Source: Cyanophyceae cyanobacterium (lineage in GTDB: Bacteria; Cyanobacteriota; Cyanobacteriia; Cyanobacteriales; Laspinemataceae). Taken from it: a DNA stretch of 64,000 bases. This document shows positions 1 to 10,600 of the stretch, in pieces (position 1 is the first letter of the stretch; each line of letters starts with the position of its first letter). The notes below the pieces were generated by a model. It ran no database searches. It saw only the letters and a list, made by a program, of their open reading frames with translations, and was not told the origin of the DNA. The stretch spans positions 96,001-160,000 of the forward strand of contig JBBQFN010000004.1 of NCBI GenBank assembly GCA_038321985.1. The letters run 5' to 3'. The position numbers were made by a program, and so were the translations under genes.

Positions 1-1
1 C

Positions 2-991
2 CGGGTATTTAATCTCCGATAAAGGTTTCAGAGTTTTAGTGGCAGTTACATTGCTTGCCAAGGGATACTCGTAAGTTTCTTCCGTAAAGTATTCCTGGGC
101 TTGAGGACTTAACATAAAGTTAACGAACTGTTGCGATGCTGCCGGATTGTCTGTATTCTCCAAAATACTGACCCCAGCCACATTCACCAATGATCCCACA
201 TCGTTAGGGAATGAGTGAGCCACAGGCGCATCTGGATTTTCCGCCTTAAATTTTTCTAGGTAGTAGTGATTGACAAATCCAACGGCAATTTCACCCCGAG
301 AAAGCGCTTCTACGATCGCCGTATTCTTGGGATATACTTTGGGATTGTTAGCCTGAACCCCTTGTAACCATTCCCGCGTCTGTTCCTCCCCCACAGAGAG
401 TCGCATCGCCGTGACAAAGGCTTGAAATGACCCGTTACTCGGTGCCCACCCAATTTGTCCGTCCCACTTGGGATCGGTCAATTCCATTACTGATTGCGGC
501 ACTTGATCCGCTTGTACAAGATTGGTATTGTAATCTAAGGTGCGAACCCGACCCGTAATTCCAACCCATTCACCTTCAGGAGATCGATACCGCGCCTCCA
601 CTTGATTGAGGATATCTTGGGGCAGTTTGCTCGTGCGATCGGCTTTCTGAAGTGCACCCAGAGCACCCGCATCCTGAGCAAAAAAGACATCTGCCGGTGT
701 ATTTTCGCCTTCTTCAAGAATAGCTGCGGCGAGTTCTGCCGTATCTCCGTAGCGGACTTGGATATCAATACCCGTTTCGGTCTTGAATTGTTCAATCAAG
801 GAACCCACTAGATTCTCGTTGCGACCGGAATAAACAACCAAAGGTTCTCCGCTGACTGGGTTAGCAGCTGTCGTTACCACTGGGGTCGGTTCGGTACTGG
901 CGGTGGGGGTCGTTCCGTTAGAACAGGCAACTACCAGTCCGCCACTTGCTAGGGCCAACCCTACTAAACTCAATATCTTTCTGCGTTTCAC
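2..991 (-). CDS. Fe(III) ABC transporter substrate-binding lipoprotein (FutA/IdiA/AfuA family); 3' end lies outside the window
   Basis: Not in the ORF track because it has no stop in the window. Manual translation from GTG at 991 (GGAGG 8 nt upstream) gives MKRRKILSLVGLALASGGLVVA-C (lipobox) ...LVVYSGRNENLVGSLIEQFKTETGIDIQVRYGDTAELAAAILEEGENTPADVFFAQDAGALG, typical of iron-binding proteins. Confidence 0.85.
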   Translation of the reverse strand, partial: MKRRKILSLVGLALASGGLVVACSNGTTPTASTEPTPVVTTAANPVSGEPLVVYSGRNENLVGSLIEQFKTETGIDIQVRYGDTAELAAAILEEGENTPADVFFAQDAGALGALQKADRTSKLPQDILNQVEARYRSPEGEWVGITGRVRTLDYNTNLVQADQVPQSVMELTDPKWDGQIGWAPSNGSFQAFVTAMRLSVGEEQTREWLQGVQANNPKVYPKNTAIVEALSRGEIAVGFVNHYYLEKFKAENPDAPVAHSFPNDVGSLVNVAGVSILENTDNPAASQQFVNFMLSPQAQEYFTEETYEYPLASNVTATKTLKPLSEIKYP

Positions 992-1043
992 TCCTTGCAC
1001 CTCCCAAAAAAACTATATATGTTTCAGCTATTAGTTGCACTCA

Positions 1044-1062
1044 ATTAAGAAAAACTCTCAAC
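1044..1062. promoter_or_regulatory. Fur-box-like site upstream of the iron-binding protein gene
   Basis: ATTAAGAAAAACTCTCAAC resembles the 19-bp cyanobacterial FurA palindrome (ATTGAnAATnATTnTCAAT-like) and lies about 50 nt upstream of the start. Confidence 0.45.
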
Positions 1063-1451
1063 TAACTGGAAACAGAAATCCAGCCGAGGCCATTTTTCAA
1101 TCCAAGATATGAATTTACGGTATCCGACGAGTTCCGTCAACCTTAATGAAATAAATTGTCGTTTTTAATTTTTTCACAACCTCCCCCGAGGCCAAACTGT
1201 CTTCAAGGGCCAAATCAGAACGCTTGTAACCGGGTTTTACTCCCTGGGGACTTTGACGAACTATCAAAAAAATTTAGATAAAACGAGGCAGAGGGGGAGT
1301 TTTCTGAATCAAACGGAGAAAACTCCCCTGATTGATGGCTAAATTTGTTGCAGTTGCTCAAAAAACTTTACAAACAATCCCAGCTTGGCCCCAGCCTTCT
1401 GTTACTCCGCTACTAGCTCACACCTGGTCTCTATTCAGAGCTTGGCCCCCC

Positions 1452-1482
1452 TAATTAATTGCTAATAAATAGCAATTAATTA
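1452..1482. promoter_or_regulatory. Perfect 13-5-13 palindrome with a Fur-box-like core in the divergent futA/porin intergenic region
   Basis: TAATTAATTGCTA-ATAAA-TAGCAATTAATTA; the central 19-mer is ATTGCTAATAAATAGCAAT. Confidence 0.55.
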
Positions 1483-1950
1483 AGATTAGCCTGGTATAAG
1501 CCAATACGTTTAAGAAGTTTTTAACAATTAATTTGCATATTTTGAAAAGTTTTAGTACAGTTTCTTTTTCAAATAGCAAGGAGTCAACTCAAAAAAATAT
1601 TTTCATTTTTAAACAAATTAAATGTAAAGTAGTGTTGCCAGAGTCTAGGAAGGGAAGAGATTTCCTAAAAGGATTCAGGGCTAAGGGCCAAGGACTCAGG
1701 GTTAAGGCTCCAGAACTCTCCCGGAGAAGGGCCGATCGCCCGGAGTATTTTTAGGCCCTTATTCCCGGAAAGTGCGCTCAGATCAGCGTTAGCCCAAACC
1801 TAATAAATAACCAGGCCAGCAATCCCTGAGTAAAAAATCCTGTAATCCTTACTAAAAAAGAACTCTAGGCACTTTAAGCCCTAATAAATTTTCCTCTAAC
1901 GATGTATCCCGGTTTACTTGACAGGGACAAAAAAATCAAGTATCTCTTAA

Positions 1951-1969
1951 GTTGATATGCATTTTCAGC
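1951..1969. promoter_or_regulatory. Fur-box-like site upstream of the porin gene
   Basis: GTTGATATGCATTTTCAGC has the TGA-N11-TCA 19-bp geometry. Confidence 0.45.
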
Positions 1970-2273
1970 GATTTTTAAGTCAAGACTGTTACGGATGATC
2001 ACAGACCCCCTGGCATCGTGAAACCTTGAGGAAGACGACATAGCACTCCCGGGGAGAGAAAGCGGTCGTGAACCCGGATAGTCTTCTCATCTGTGATGGT
2101 CAACAGGGGAGACAGGCTAAAGACCCGATCTCAGCAAGGGAGCGATGGCAGCTTAGATCTGATTCATACAGTGTTATGAATCAGATCTAAAATTAAACAA
2201 CCCGTTCCAGAAAGTTGGCATTAAAAACGCTGGAGAAGTGCTTTTTAGGTGTGAGAAAAACGGAAAGAACGGA

Positions 2274-3947
2274 ATGCGTCACAATTGGATGAAGGTCATG
2301 CTGGCATCCCCAGCGATTCTGGCGATCGAGGCCATCATTCCGACGGGAATCGGTGCAGTGTCTCTATCGGAAATCGCCCAACCGGATCCAGTACCGGAGG
2401 TCGCGGCGATCGCTCAAAATGGTCCAACCCCAGAATCAGCAGATATTCTGGAACAAATCAATCTCTACTCCCAAGCCGAGCTAGAAGCAGGTCCCTTGGA
2501 ACAGGTCAACTCGGTCCGCGAACTCACCGATGTTAGCCCCACGGACTGGGCATTTCAGGCCGTCAGCGCCCTGGCGGAGCGCCATCAATGTCTCTTAGGC
2601 TATAGCGACGGTACCTATCGTGGCAACCGCGCCATGACTCGCTACGAATTTGCAGTCAGCTTAAACGCCTGTTTAATTCAAATTCAGGAACGGCTCGACG
2701 GCTTGAACGCCTTATCTCCCGACGAAATTAATGCAATCCGCCGATTACAAGAAGAATTTGCGGCTGAACTAGCAACTCTTAGAGGTCGAGTCGATGCCTT
2801 AGAAATTCGCACCGTAGAATTAGAAGCCAATCAGTTCTCCCCGACTACCAAATTCAGTGGTGAAGTCCTGATGGCCCCGATTCATGCCTTTGGCGATCGC
2901 GGAGAAACCACAGCAGGCGGGGAAGATACCGAACTCTCCTTCGGTTATAGGGCTCGTTTGCTCTTTGACTCTAGCTTGACAGGTCGCGATCGCCTCCGAA
3001 CTCGATTAGAAATTAGAAACGTTGCTCGCTTGGATGCCACCACGGGCACCGTCATGTCCCGATTGGGATTCGATGGAGAAAATGGTAATGACGTCATCCT
3101 GGAACGCCTAGAATATCGGTTCCCCGTCACCGATAGTCTCCGGATGTGGGTCGGTACGCAATTTTCTACGGATCACGTTATCCCTGTGACTAATCCCCTG
3201 TTTGAAAGTTCTGGTAGCGGTGCTCTGTCCCGATTTGGCCGTCGCAACCCCAGTATTTTTCGGCAACCGACTGGTGCGGGTGCTGGGTTTGAATACAAAT
3301 TTGGGAATGTGGCGAGACTGTATGGTCTCTATCAAGCCCCCACGGCCAGTACCCCAACCGCTAAAAATGGCTTATTTGATGGGCGATATGCTGCCACAAC
3401 CCAACTGACCCTCACTCCCATTGAACCGTTAGAGGTGAGTTTAGCTTATTCGCACTCCTACTTTCCCAGTGGAGAAGTTGACATTTCTGGGGGGACAGGT
3501 TCTGGCTATGCTAGACGACCCTTTACTAATGATGTTGCCACCTCTTCCAATAACTTTGGGGTACAAGCCAGCTTCGCATTTGAGCCAGTCACCGTTTCTG
3601 GTTGGGCTGGTTGGTCATTAGCTGAAGCCCAAGTCAGTGATGGAGATGTCAGCAGCGGCGACAGTGCCACCTTATTTAACTGGGCGCTAAATGTCGGGGT
3701 TCCCGATTTAGTCAAAGATGGTAGTCTGCTCGGTTTTATTGTCGGCCAACAGCCGAAAGTCATCAGTAATGATATATCCGGACGGGAAGACCCGGATACT
3801 TCCTTGCATTTTGAGGCATTATTCAAGTATCCCATCACCCGGCAAATCAGCATTACTCCGGGATTTTTCGTGATTACCAATCCCGATCATAATTCAGCCA
3901 ATAATACTATCTGGGTCGGCACCATGAGAACTCAGTTTAGTTTCTAA
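2274..3947 (+). CDS. SLH-domain outer-membrane porin (cyanobacterial iron-uptake/OprB-type porin family)
   Basis: SLH motif LTDVSPTDWAFQAV..L.ER..C..GY.DGTYRGNRAMTRYEFA, coiled coil LQEEFAAELATLRGRVDALE, QFSPTTK, and C-terminal RTQFSF. ATG at 2274 preferred over GTG at 2238. Confidence 0.92.
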   Translation: MRHNWMKVMLASPAILAIEAIIPTGIGAVSLSEIAQPDPVPEVAAIAQNGPTPESADILEQINLYSQAELEAGPLEQVNSVRELTDVSPTDWAFQAVSALAERHQCLLGYSDGTYRGNRAMTRYEFAVSLNACLIQIQERLDGLNALSPDEINAIRRLQEEFAAELATLRGRVDALEIRTVELEANQFSPTTKFSGEVLMAPIHAFGDRGETTAGGEDTELSFGYRARLLFDSSLTGRDRLRTRLEIRNVARLDATTGTVMSRLGFDGENGNDVILERLEYRFPVTDSLRMWVGTQFSTDHVIPVTNPLFESSGSGALSRFGRRNPSIFRQPTGAGAGFEYKFGNVARLYGLYQAPTASTPTAKNGLFDGRYAATTQLTLTPIEPLEVSLAYSHSYFPSGEVDISGGTGSGYARRPFTNDVATSSNNFGVQASFAFEPVTVSGWAGWSLAEAQVSDGDVSSGDSATLFNWALNVGVPDLVKDGSLLGFIVGQQPKVISNDISGREDPDTSLHFEALFKYPITRQISITPGFFVITNPDHNSANNTIWVGTMRTQFSF

Positions 3948-3977
3948 GCTGATTGTATTAGTTTCAGTAAACACCTG

Positions 3978-4013
3978 AAGAAGCGGTAAATTTTAGAATT
4001 TACCGCTTCTTTC
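3978..4013. terminator. Intrinsic terminator between the convergent porin and 2Fe-2S genes
   Basis: 15-bp perfect stem AAGAAGCGGTAAATT / AATTTACCGCTTCTT with a TTAG loop. Confidence 0.7.
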
Positions 4014-4155
4014 TATTTAGAAAGCTGCCGGACCCCTAGAATAAATATTTTAGATCTAATCCGGTATCGAGTTTTCGTAGATCTGCAAAAATCAACACTC
4101 TACTGACACTCTAAAGGGTCTCGGTTTTGGCTAAAAATATTAAAGGTCATTCGGG

Positions 4156-4806
4156 TTAAAAATGATTGGCAATCAGTTCGGGGATTTCTGCCGCTTGGAT
4201 CTTGCTGTAGTGAGCTTTATCCGGCATAATCACGACGTGGGGCCCTGCTTTGCAGCGGTTCATACAGCCGGTTCCTTTGATCGTGACACTATTTTCTAGT
4301 CCTTTTTCGCGGAGTTCTTCTTCTAATGCTCGGCAGACTGCGGTTCCCCCCCGCTTGCGGCAGTCCGACTTTTGACAAACGAGAATTGTGGCTTTCTTTT
4401 TTTCAGCAGAAGTAGGGTTAGGTTTGGTCAGTTTAGAGGGAATTTGGGCGCAAGTTTCGGCGATCTCACAGTCTCGAAAGCGATCGCACCCGGCTTGGGG
4501 AGTCACGACTTGCAGAGGTTCCGAAGTGACTGAATTCGGGGTAGGGAGAAGATGATAGGCTTTGAATTTCCACAATCCAGTTTTCAAGTTGAATTGTTTC
4601 TCCCCGATCGCCCTCACCCAGTCTCCGGGTTTCAAGTGAGTTTCTAAAATAGCGCGTTGTTGTTTCGGTAAATCTAACTTAATTAACCGTTCACCTTCAG
4701 CCGTAGCGAGTCGGAAGTATTTGAGCTTCTTCTCCCCGCTGCCCCCAAACCCGAGAAAACGACCTTCGAGATTGAGTTGTGAAACTTGCTTATATGATTT
4801 ACCCAT
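4156..4806 (-). CDS. Thioredoxin-like (2Fe-2S) ferredoxin domain protein with an N-terminal OB-like domain
   Basis: C-terminal ILVCQKSDCRKRGG...GCMNRCKAGP cysteine pattern; iron-cluster context. Confidence 0.8.
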   Translation of the reverse strand: MGKSYKQVSQLNLEGRFLGFGGSGEKKLKYFRLATAEGERLIKLDLPKQQRAILETHLKPGDWVRAIGEKQFNLKTGLWKFKAYHLLPTPNSVTSEPLQVVTPQAGCDRFRDCEIAETCAQIPSKLTKPNPTSAEKKKATILVCQKSDCRKRGGTAVCRALEEELREKGLENSVTIKGTGCMNRCKAGPHVVIMPDKAHYSKIQAAEIPELIANHF

Positions 4807-4903
4807 TGTCTTGTTTTTGGTTGTTGTTTTTTTAGGGAAGTTTACTTAAATTTCTGGCGATCGCCTGAGGAAAACATCGGCAACTGAGGAAGGGCGATCG
4901 CCC

Positions 4904-5149
4904 TTAGTCAATCAGCCAGCACTGTTCTAACCACAGCACTAACTCCGGACGCGAGGCATAGACTTGTCTAGATACGCTCCAAAACTGCACCGTCGCGTGG
5001 GAATCACTCAGATGCACACGTAACGGCTGATTCGGTTCGCACCAACAGGGAATCTCTAGTTCACGCAAGCGCTGAAACACAGGCCATCGTTCTGATCCAG
5101 TCACTTCCACAAACTCTGCTCGCTCTATCTTTTGTTCCGATGATTCCAT
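4904..5149 (-). CDS. Asr1405/Asl0597-family small protein
   Basis: Motifs RWPVFQRLRELEIPCWC..NQPLRV, QFWSV.RQ..ASR.EL..WLEQCW; typically found beside the 2Fe-2S gene. Confidence 0.75.
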   Translation of the reverse strand: MESSEQKIERAEFVEVTGSERWPVFQRLRELEIPCWCEPNQPLRVHLSDSHATVQFWSVSRQVYASRPELVLWLEQCWLID

Positions 5150-5283
5150 GCGATCGTCCTAATACTTGCTAAATATTATCAGTAAGCTGGGTAGAGGGAC
5201 CCCGAGATTCATCCTCTTATTCTGATCCAGAGCGATCGGGTTTTGATCCCGGCGATCGCTGGTTACTTCATTACTTTACTGCA

Positions 5284-5302
5284 ACTGACAAAGATTCTCA
5301 TC
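5284..5302. promoter_or_regulatory. Fur-box-like site upstream of the asr1405-like/2Fe-2S operon
   Basis: Minus strand reads GATGAGAATCTTTGTCAGT. Confidence 0.5.
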
Positions 5303-5691
5303 TACTTTTCGACAGACTTTAATAAAACTTTACATTTCCTCTATTGTTGGCCCCTGCTAACTGAGAAAAATTCTAAAAATAGCCTGAAACAGCGCTATAT
5401 TTAGGGGTTTCTTGAATAAGAACGCCATATGTAGTATAATTAGCCAAACTAGAGTAATTGAGAAGAAGCACCTTAAAAGGTAGGGTTCTGCCGTTTTGTT
5501 GAGAAAAAGGCCCAAAAATTTAAATAAGGAAGGCAACTCACAGTCTTTCAAAAAAAGGGCTTATTGATAAAATATAGCTTTACAAAAAAGATTAAGTATG
5601 TATTCCAGGTACCTAAGCCCAAGAGTGGGCCATGTTAAAATTCTTCTATTGAGTAACAACAGTTGCCCATAAAAAGAGGAGAACACTAATC

Positions 5692-6231
5692 ATGGCTGAA
5701 ATGCAGAATGCTGTCCGATCCTTTGGGCATATTGCTCCGAACCCGATTGGGCTAGAAACCTCAGTGACTGCGCCGGTTTGTGAAGGCTTAAATGTAGCAC
5801 TAGCGAGTTTTCAAGCGCTTTATTTGCAATATCAAAAACATCATTTTGTAGTAGAAGGGGCTGAATTTTACTCTCTGCATGAGTTTTTTCAAGAAAATTA
5901 CGAAGCAGTACAAGAGCATATTCATGAGTTAGGGGAACGATTGAATGGGTTGGGAGGAATTCCTGCGGCGAGTTTTAGTAAATTAGCTGAATTGTGCTGC
6001 TGGACCCCAGAACCGGATGGAGTGTATAGCTGCCGTCAGATGGTAGAACACGACTTAGTAGGGGAACAAGGGATGATTCAATTATTGCGCCGGCAGGCGT
6101 CTCAAGCGGAGAGTTTGGGCGATCGCGCGACGCGGTATCTATACGAGAAAATCCTGCTTTCTACGGAAGAACGAGCTTACCATCTGGCACATTTTCTAGC
6201 TAGTGATACGTTAGTTCTTTCTGGCTCGTGA
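5692..6231 (+). CDS. dps: Dps family DNA-binding/ferritin-like protein
   Basis: [24 protein letters not shown] and HELGERL motifs; strong RBS AAGAGGAG. Confidence 0.92.
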   Translation: MAEMQNAVRSFGHIAPNPIGLETSVTAPVCEGLNVALASFQALYLQYQKHHFVVEGAEFYSLHEFFQENYEAVQEHIHELGERLNGLGGIPAASFSKLAELCCWTPEPDGVYSCRQMVEHDLVGEQGMIQLLRRQASQAESLGDRATRYLYEKILLSTEERAYHLAHFLASDTLVLSGS

Positions 6232-6332
6232 AGACTACAGAGCTTCTCAAGGTGCGTTATCCTAGAGAGAAGTTCAGCAATAATAGCTGACTAGCTTGAC
6301 CTATCGATCCTAAATAGAAGAGAACACTTAAG

Positions 6333-6366
6333 GCAGAGGGGGATTTTCCCACTCTGCATCTTTTTT
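6333..6366 (+). terminator. Intrinsic terminator of dps
   Basis: GCAGAG-GGGG-ATTTT-CCCA-CTCTGC followed by ATCTTTTTT. Confidence 0.7.
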
Positions 6367-6608
6367 GGGGTTCGCCCCACCCGCGATCGAGCATTGAGTT
6401 TCAAACCCTTGGAGACCCTGAAAGGGTGAGCAAGAGCGCAACAAAGCCTAGCCCATCTGGGTTTGAGACTTATTAATTTCCTTGATCTCCCCGGTGTCTG
6501 GGGTACAATCAGGTGGATTTAATCTGGCTGAATCCACCCGTTGTCCCCTCCTGTGGGCAACAGGGAGAGACGCGAAGTAGCTCCAGTCTAAAGGGTTTAG
6601 AAAATTTT

Positions 6609-6682
6609 ATTCAGAAATACTTGCAATAAACTCCGAATTCTGGCTTACTAGAATTATCCGCTTATTGAGGATTACTTTCAAT
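6609..6682. promoter_or_regulatory. Two Fur-box-like sites upstream of the fur gene (possible autoregulation)
   Basis: ATTCAGAAATACTTGCAAT (6609-6627) and the near-consensus ATTGAGGATTACTTTCAAT (6664-6682). Confidence 0.6.
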
Positions 6683-6862
6683 ATTGGGACAAAGTACCGG
6701 AGCCCAATAATTTTGTTATGACCGTTCTTTTCTAGCTAAGATTGACCTCGGATGCCTTCGGCCACGGGACTAATGAAGCGAGATACGTCCGGCACATCAC
6801 CACTCTAAAGTACAGCAGGCCGTATTCTGACCAACCATGGACCCTAAATGTGGGGAATGATT

Positions 6863-7465
6863 ATGCCATTCTATACCCAGGCTAAACTTAAAAGCGAACT
6901 GCGACAGTTGGGTTGTCGCCTGACTCCGCAACGAGAAGCAATCCTCAGCGTATTTCAAACCATTCCTCAAGGCAATCATTTAAGTGCCGAAGAACTGTAC
7001 AGTTTATTGCAGCGTCAGGGGGAGAAAATTAGCCTCTCTACAGTGTATCGAACCCTAAACTTGATGGCCCGAATAGGAATTCTGCGCGAACTAGAGTTAG
7101 CAGAAGGGCATAAACACTACGAACTGAACAAACCCTCACAACCGCACCATCATCTCGTGTGCGTTCAGTGCCATCATACAATTGAATTTACCAGTGATTC
7201 AATTACTAAAATTGGCAGCAGGCAAGCAGAAGCTGCCCAATTTCAAATGTTAGATACTCAACTAACTCTTCATGCGGTTTGTCTAGAAGCCTTCGAGCGG
7301 GGATGGCCCTATTTGTTGCTAGAACATTGGATTTGTCCAAAATCGGGAATGGCCGTAAACCCATCAGAACTGGCTAAGGGAAAAAATGAGGAGGGGATTT
7401 CCTCGGGAATCCCTCAATCCTGTGACAACGATCAGGGAGCAGTGAACCCAGGCGAGGATCCGTAG
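6863..7465 (+). CDS. fur: Ferric uptake regulator, FurA-like, with an acidic C-terminal extension
   Basis: RLTPQRE, HLSAEEL, ISLSTVYRTL, LRELELAEGHKHYEL, HHHLVCVQC motifs. ATG at 6863 (MPFYT..LK.EL) fits FurA N-termini. Confidence 0.88.
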   Translation: MPFYTQAKLKSELRQLGCRLTPQREAILSVFQTIPQGNHLSAEELYSLLQRQGEKISLSTVYRTLNLMARIGILRELELAEGHKHYELNKPSQPHHHLVCVQCHHTIEFTSDSITKIGSRQAEAAQFQMLDTQLTLHAVCLEAFERGWPYLLLEHWICPKSGMAVNPSELAKGKNEEGISSGIPQSCDNDQGAVNPGEDP

Positions 7466-7664
7466 AGCAAGTCATCAAATCTTGTTATTAGCAAAACCGA
7501 GTGATACGGATTGAGTGAAACCTCGTAAAATAAACTGGATTTAGCAAAAATGCGATCCGGGGTCAGTAGTCAACGGTCAGTCGTCAGTTGTAACTGAAAG
7601 CTGGCAATTGACAACAGACCCTTGACAATGAAAACAGACAACCGAAAAGTCAAGGTTTACGCCT

Positions 7665-10600
7665 ATGCCCCGTCGCAACGACCTCCATAAAATCCTGATC
7701 ATCGGCTCTGGCCCTATTGTGATTGGGCAAGCTTGCGAATTTGACTACTCAGGGACGCAGGCTTGTAAAGCGCTTCGAGAAGAAGGATATGAAGTGGTGT
7801 TGGTGAACTCAAACCCCGCCACGATCATGACCGACCCCGAAACCGCCGATCGCACCTATATTGAGCCATTAATTCCGGAAGTGTTGGAAAAGGTAATCGC
7901 TAAAGAGCGACCGGATGCACTTCTACCCACGATGGGTGGACAAACCGCTCTAAACTTAGCGGTTACCCTCGCCAAAAGTGGTGTTTTAGACAAGTATGGC
8001 GTCGAGTTAATCGGTGCAAAATTAGAGGCGATCGAAAAGGCGGAAGACCGCTTACTGTTTAAAGAAGCAATGGCACGGATTGGGGTCGCCACCTGTCCAT
8101 CAGGGATTGCCACCACTCTGGAAGAAGCCAAAGCGGTAGGACTGCAAATCGGTAGCTATCCCTTAATTATTCGACCGGCCTACACCTTGGGTGGAACGGG
8201 CGGCGGTATATCCTACAACCAAAAAGAATTTGAAATCATGGCGGCAGGGGGGATTGATGCCTCCCCCGTATCTCAAATTCTGATCGAGCAGTCCCTGCTA
8301 GGTTGGAAAGAGTACGAACTAGAAGTCATGCGAGATTTAGCAGATAACGTGGTGATTATCTGCTCGATTGAAAATATTGATCCGATGGGGATTCACACCG
8401 GAGACTCGATTACTGTCGCACCGGCACAGACCCTCACGGATAAAGAATATCAACGACTCCGGGATGCTTCGATCGCAATTATTCGTGAGATTGGGGTAGA
8501 AACCGGCGGATCAAATATTCAGTTTGCTATCAATCCGGTGAACGGAGACCTGGTTGTGATTGAGATGAACCCCCGGGTCTCTCGGTCCTCGGCTTTGGCA
8601 TCAAAGGCCACCGGATTTGCGATCGCCAAGTTTGCAGCTAAATTGGCCGTGGGTTATACCCTTGATGAAATTCCTAACGATATTACCCGCAAGACCCCGG
8701 CCAGTTTTGAACCCACGATTGACTATGTGGTAACGAAGATTCCCCGGTTTGCCTTTGAGAAATTCGCTGGATCGGAACCGACTCTGACGACTCAAATGAA
8801 GTCCGTGGGTGAAGCCATGGCGATCGGGCGCACCTTCAACGAATCGTTCCAAAAAGCGATGCGATCAATGGAAACTGGGCGTTCCGGTTGGGGTTGCGAT
8901 CGCCAAGAAGTGCTGCCCAGTTTAGAACAAATTCGCTCCGGATTACGCACACCTAATCCCGATCGCATCTTTACCGTTCGTCATGCCATGTTGATGGGGA
9001 TGACCGTAGAAGAAATCTACGAACTCACCTGCATCGACCCCTGGTTCCTGGATAAATTGCAAGAACTCCTGGAAACGGAAAAATTCCTCAAGCGATCGCA
9101 ACTTGAAGACTTGACAAAAGAGCAATTGTATGCAGTCAAACGTCAAGGCTTCAGCGATTGTCAAATTGCCTTTGCCACTAAAACTCACGAGGACAAAGTC
9201 CGCGCTTACCGCGTCGGCTTAGGGGTCAAGCCAGTTTACAAACTGGTGGATACCTGTGCAGCAGAATTTGAAGCGCTCACGCCTTATTACTATTCCACCT
9301 ACGAAGAAGAATCGGAACAGACCGTTTCCACTAAACGCAAGGTGATGATTTTAGGGGGTGGCCCGAACCGCATCGGTCAGGGAATTGAATTTGACTACTG
9401 CTGCTGTCATGCATCCTATGCCTTACGGGAGGAAGGATGCGAGACGATCATGGTTAACTCCAACCCCGAAACTGTTTCCACCGATTACGACACGAGCGAT
9501 CGCCTCTATTTTGAACCCCTTACGAAAGAAGACGTTCTCAATATCATCGAGGTGGAAAATCCGGAAGGGGTGATCATTCAGTTTGGCGGACAAACCCCCC
9601 TCAAACTGGCCTTACCCTTGTATGAAGCACTCATGGCCCAAGGGCCGGACCGCCTCTTACCCCAAGAGGTGACGACCCAAATTTGGGGAACCTCCCCCGA
9701 CTCGATCGACATTGCCGAAGATCGGGAACGGTTTGAGAAGATTCTCTGGGAATTAGACATTAAACAGCCGGCCAATGGGATTGCTCGGAATTATCAGGAT
9801 GCCTTGGCGATCGCCCAGAAAGTTGGGTATCCCGTGGTGGTACGTCCTTCCTATGTTTTAGGGGGACGGGCGATGGAAATCGTCTATTCTGATGCGGACT
9901 TAGAACGGTACATGAAGTTTGCCGTAGAAGTCGAACCCGATCGCCCCATCTTGATTGATAAATTCCTAGAGAATGCGATCGAGGTGGATGTGGATGCTCT
10001 CGCCGATGCCACCGGACAAGTTGTAATTGGCGGCATCATGGAACATATTGAACAAGCGGGGATTCACTCCGGTGACTCAGCCTGTTCTATTCCGTATATC
10101 TCCTTAAAGCCGGAAGCCTTAGCCACGATTCGGGAATGGACCGTTAAACTGGCCCAAAAACTGAAAGTGATCGGGTTGATGAATATTCAGTATGCGGTGC
10201 AAGGGGAACAGGTTTACATCTTAGAAGCCAATCCCCGTGCCTCCCGTACAGTGCCCTTTGTCTCCAAGGCGATCGGGGTTCCCTTGGCGAAAATGGCCTC
10301 GTTAATCATGTCCGGCAAAACCTTAAAATCTCTCAACTTTACGGAAGAGAAGATTCCCCAACATATCGCCGTGAAAGAGGTGGTTCTGCCGTTTAATAAA
10401 TTCCCCGGTAGCGATACCCTGCTCGGTCCTGAAATGCGATCGACAGGTGAGGTGATGGGAATTGACACGGATTTTGGCAAGGCATTTGCTAAAGCTGAAT
10501 TAGGTGCGGGGGTCCGCTTAGCCCTTAAGGGGACTGTGTTCGTCTCCATGAACAATCGGGATAAACCCCTGGTGGTTTCAGTGATTAAAGAGTTCATGGA

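Noticed and set aside
6240..6330. An IsaR1 gene on the minus strand
   Set aside because: The seed-like 5' sequence is present, but I see no U-tailed terminator at the expected distance and no Fur-box promoter. It is treated as a complementary site instead.
6560..6600. GACGCGAAG...GTCTAA, loosely like a c-di-GMP-I riboswitch
   Set aside because: No GGCAAAC/GNRA P2 arm and no closing P1.
7560..7645. Degenerate heptamer runs upstream of carB (also at about 1670-1715 and 32555-32635)
   Set aside because: Ordinary, highly degenerate short tandem repeats of filamentous cyanobacteria; the units cannot be defined confidently.
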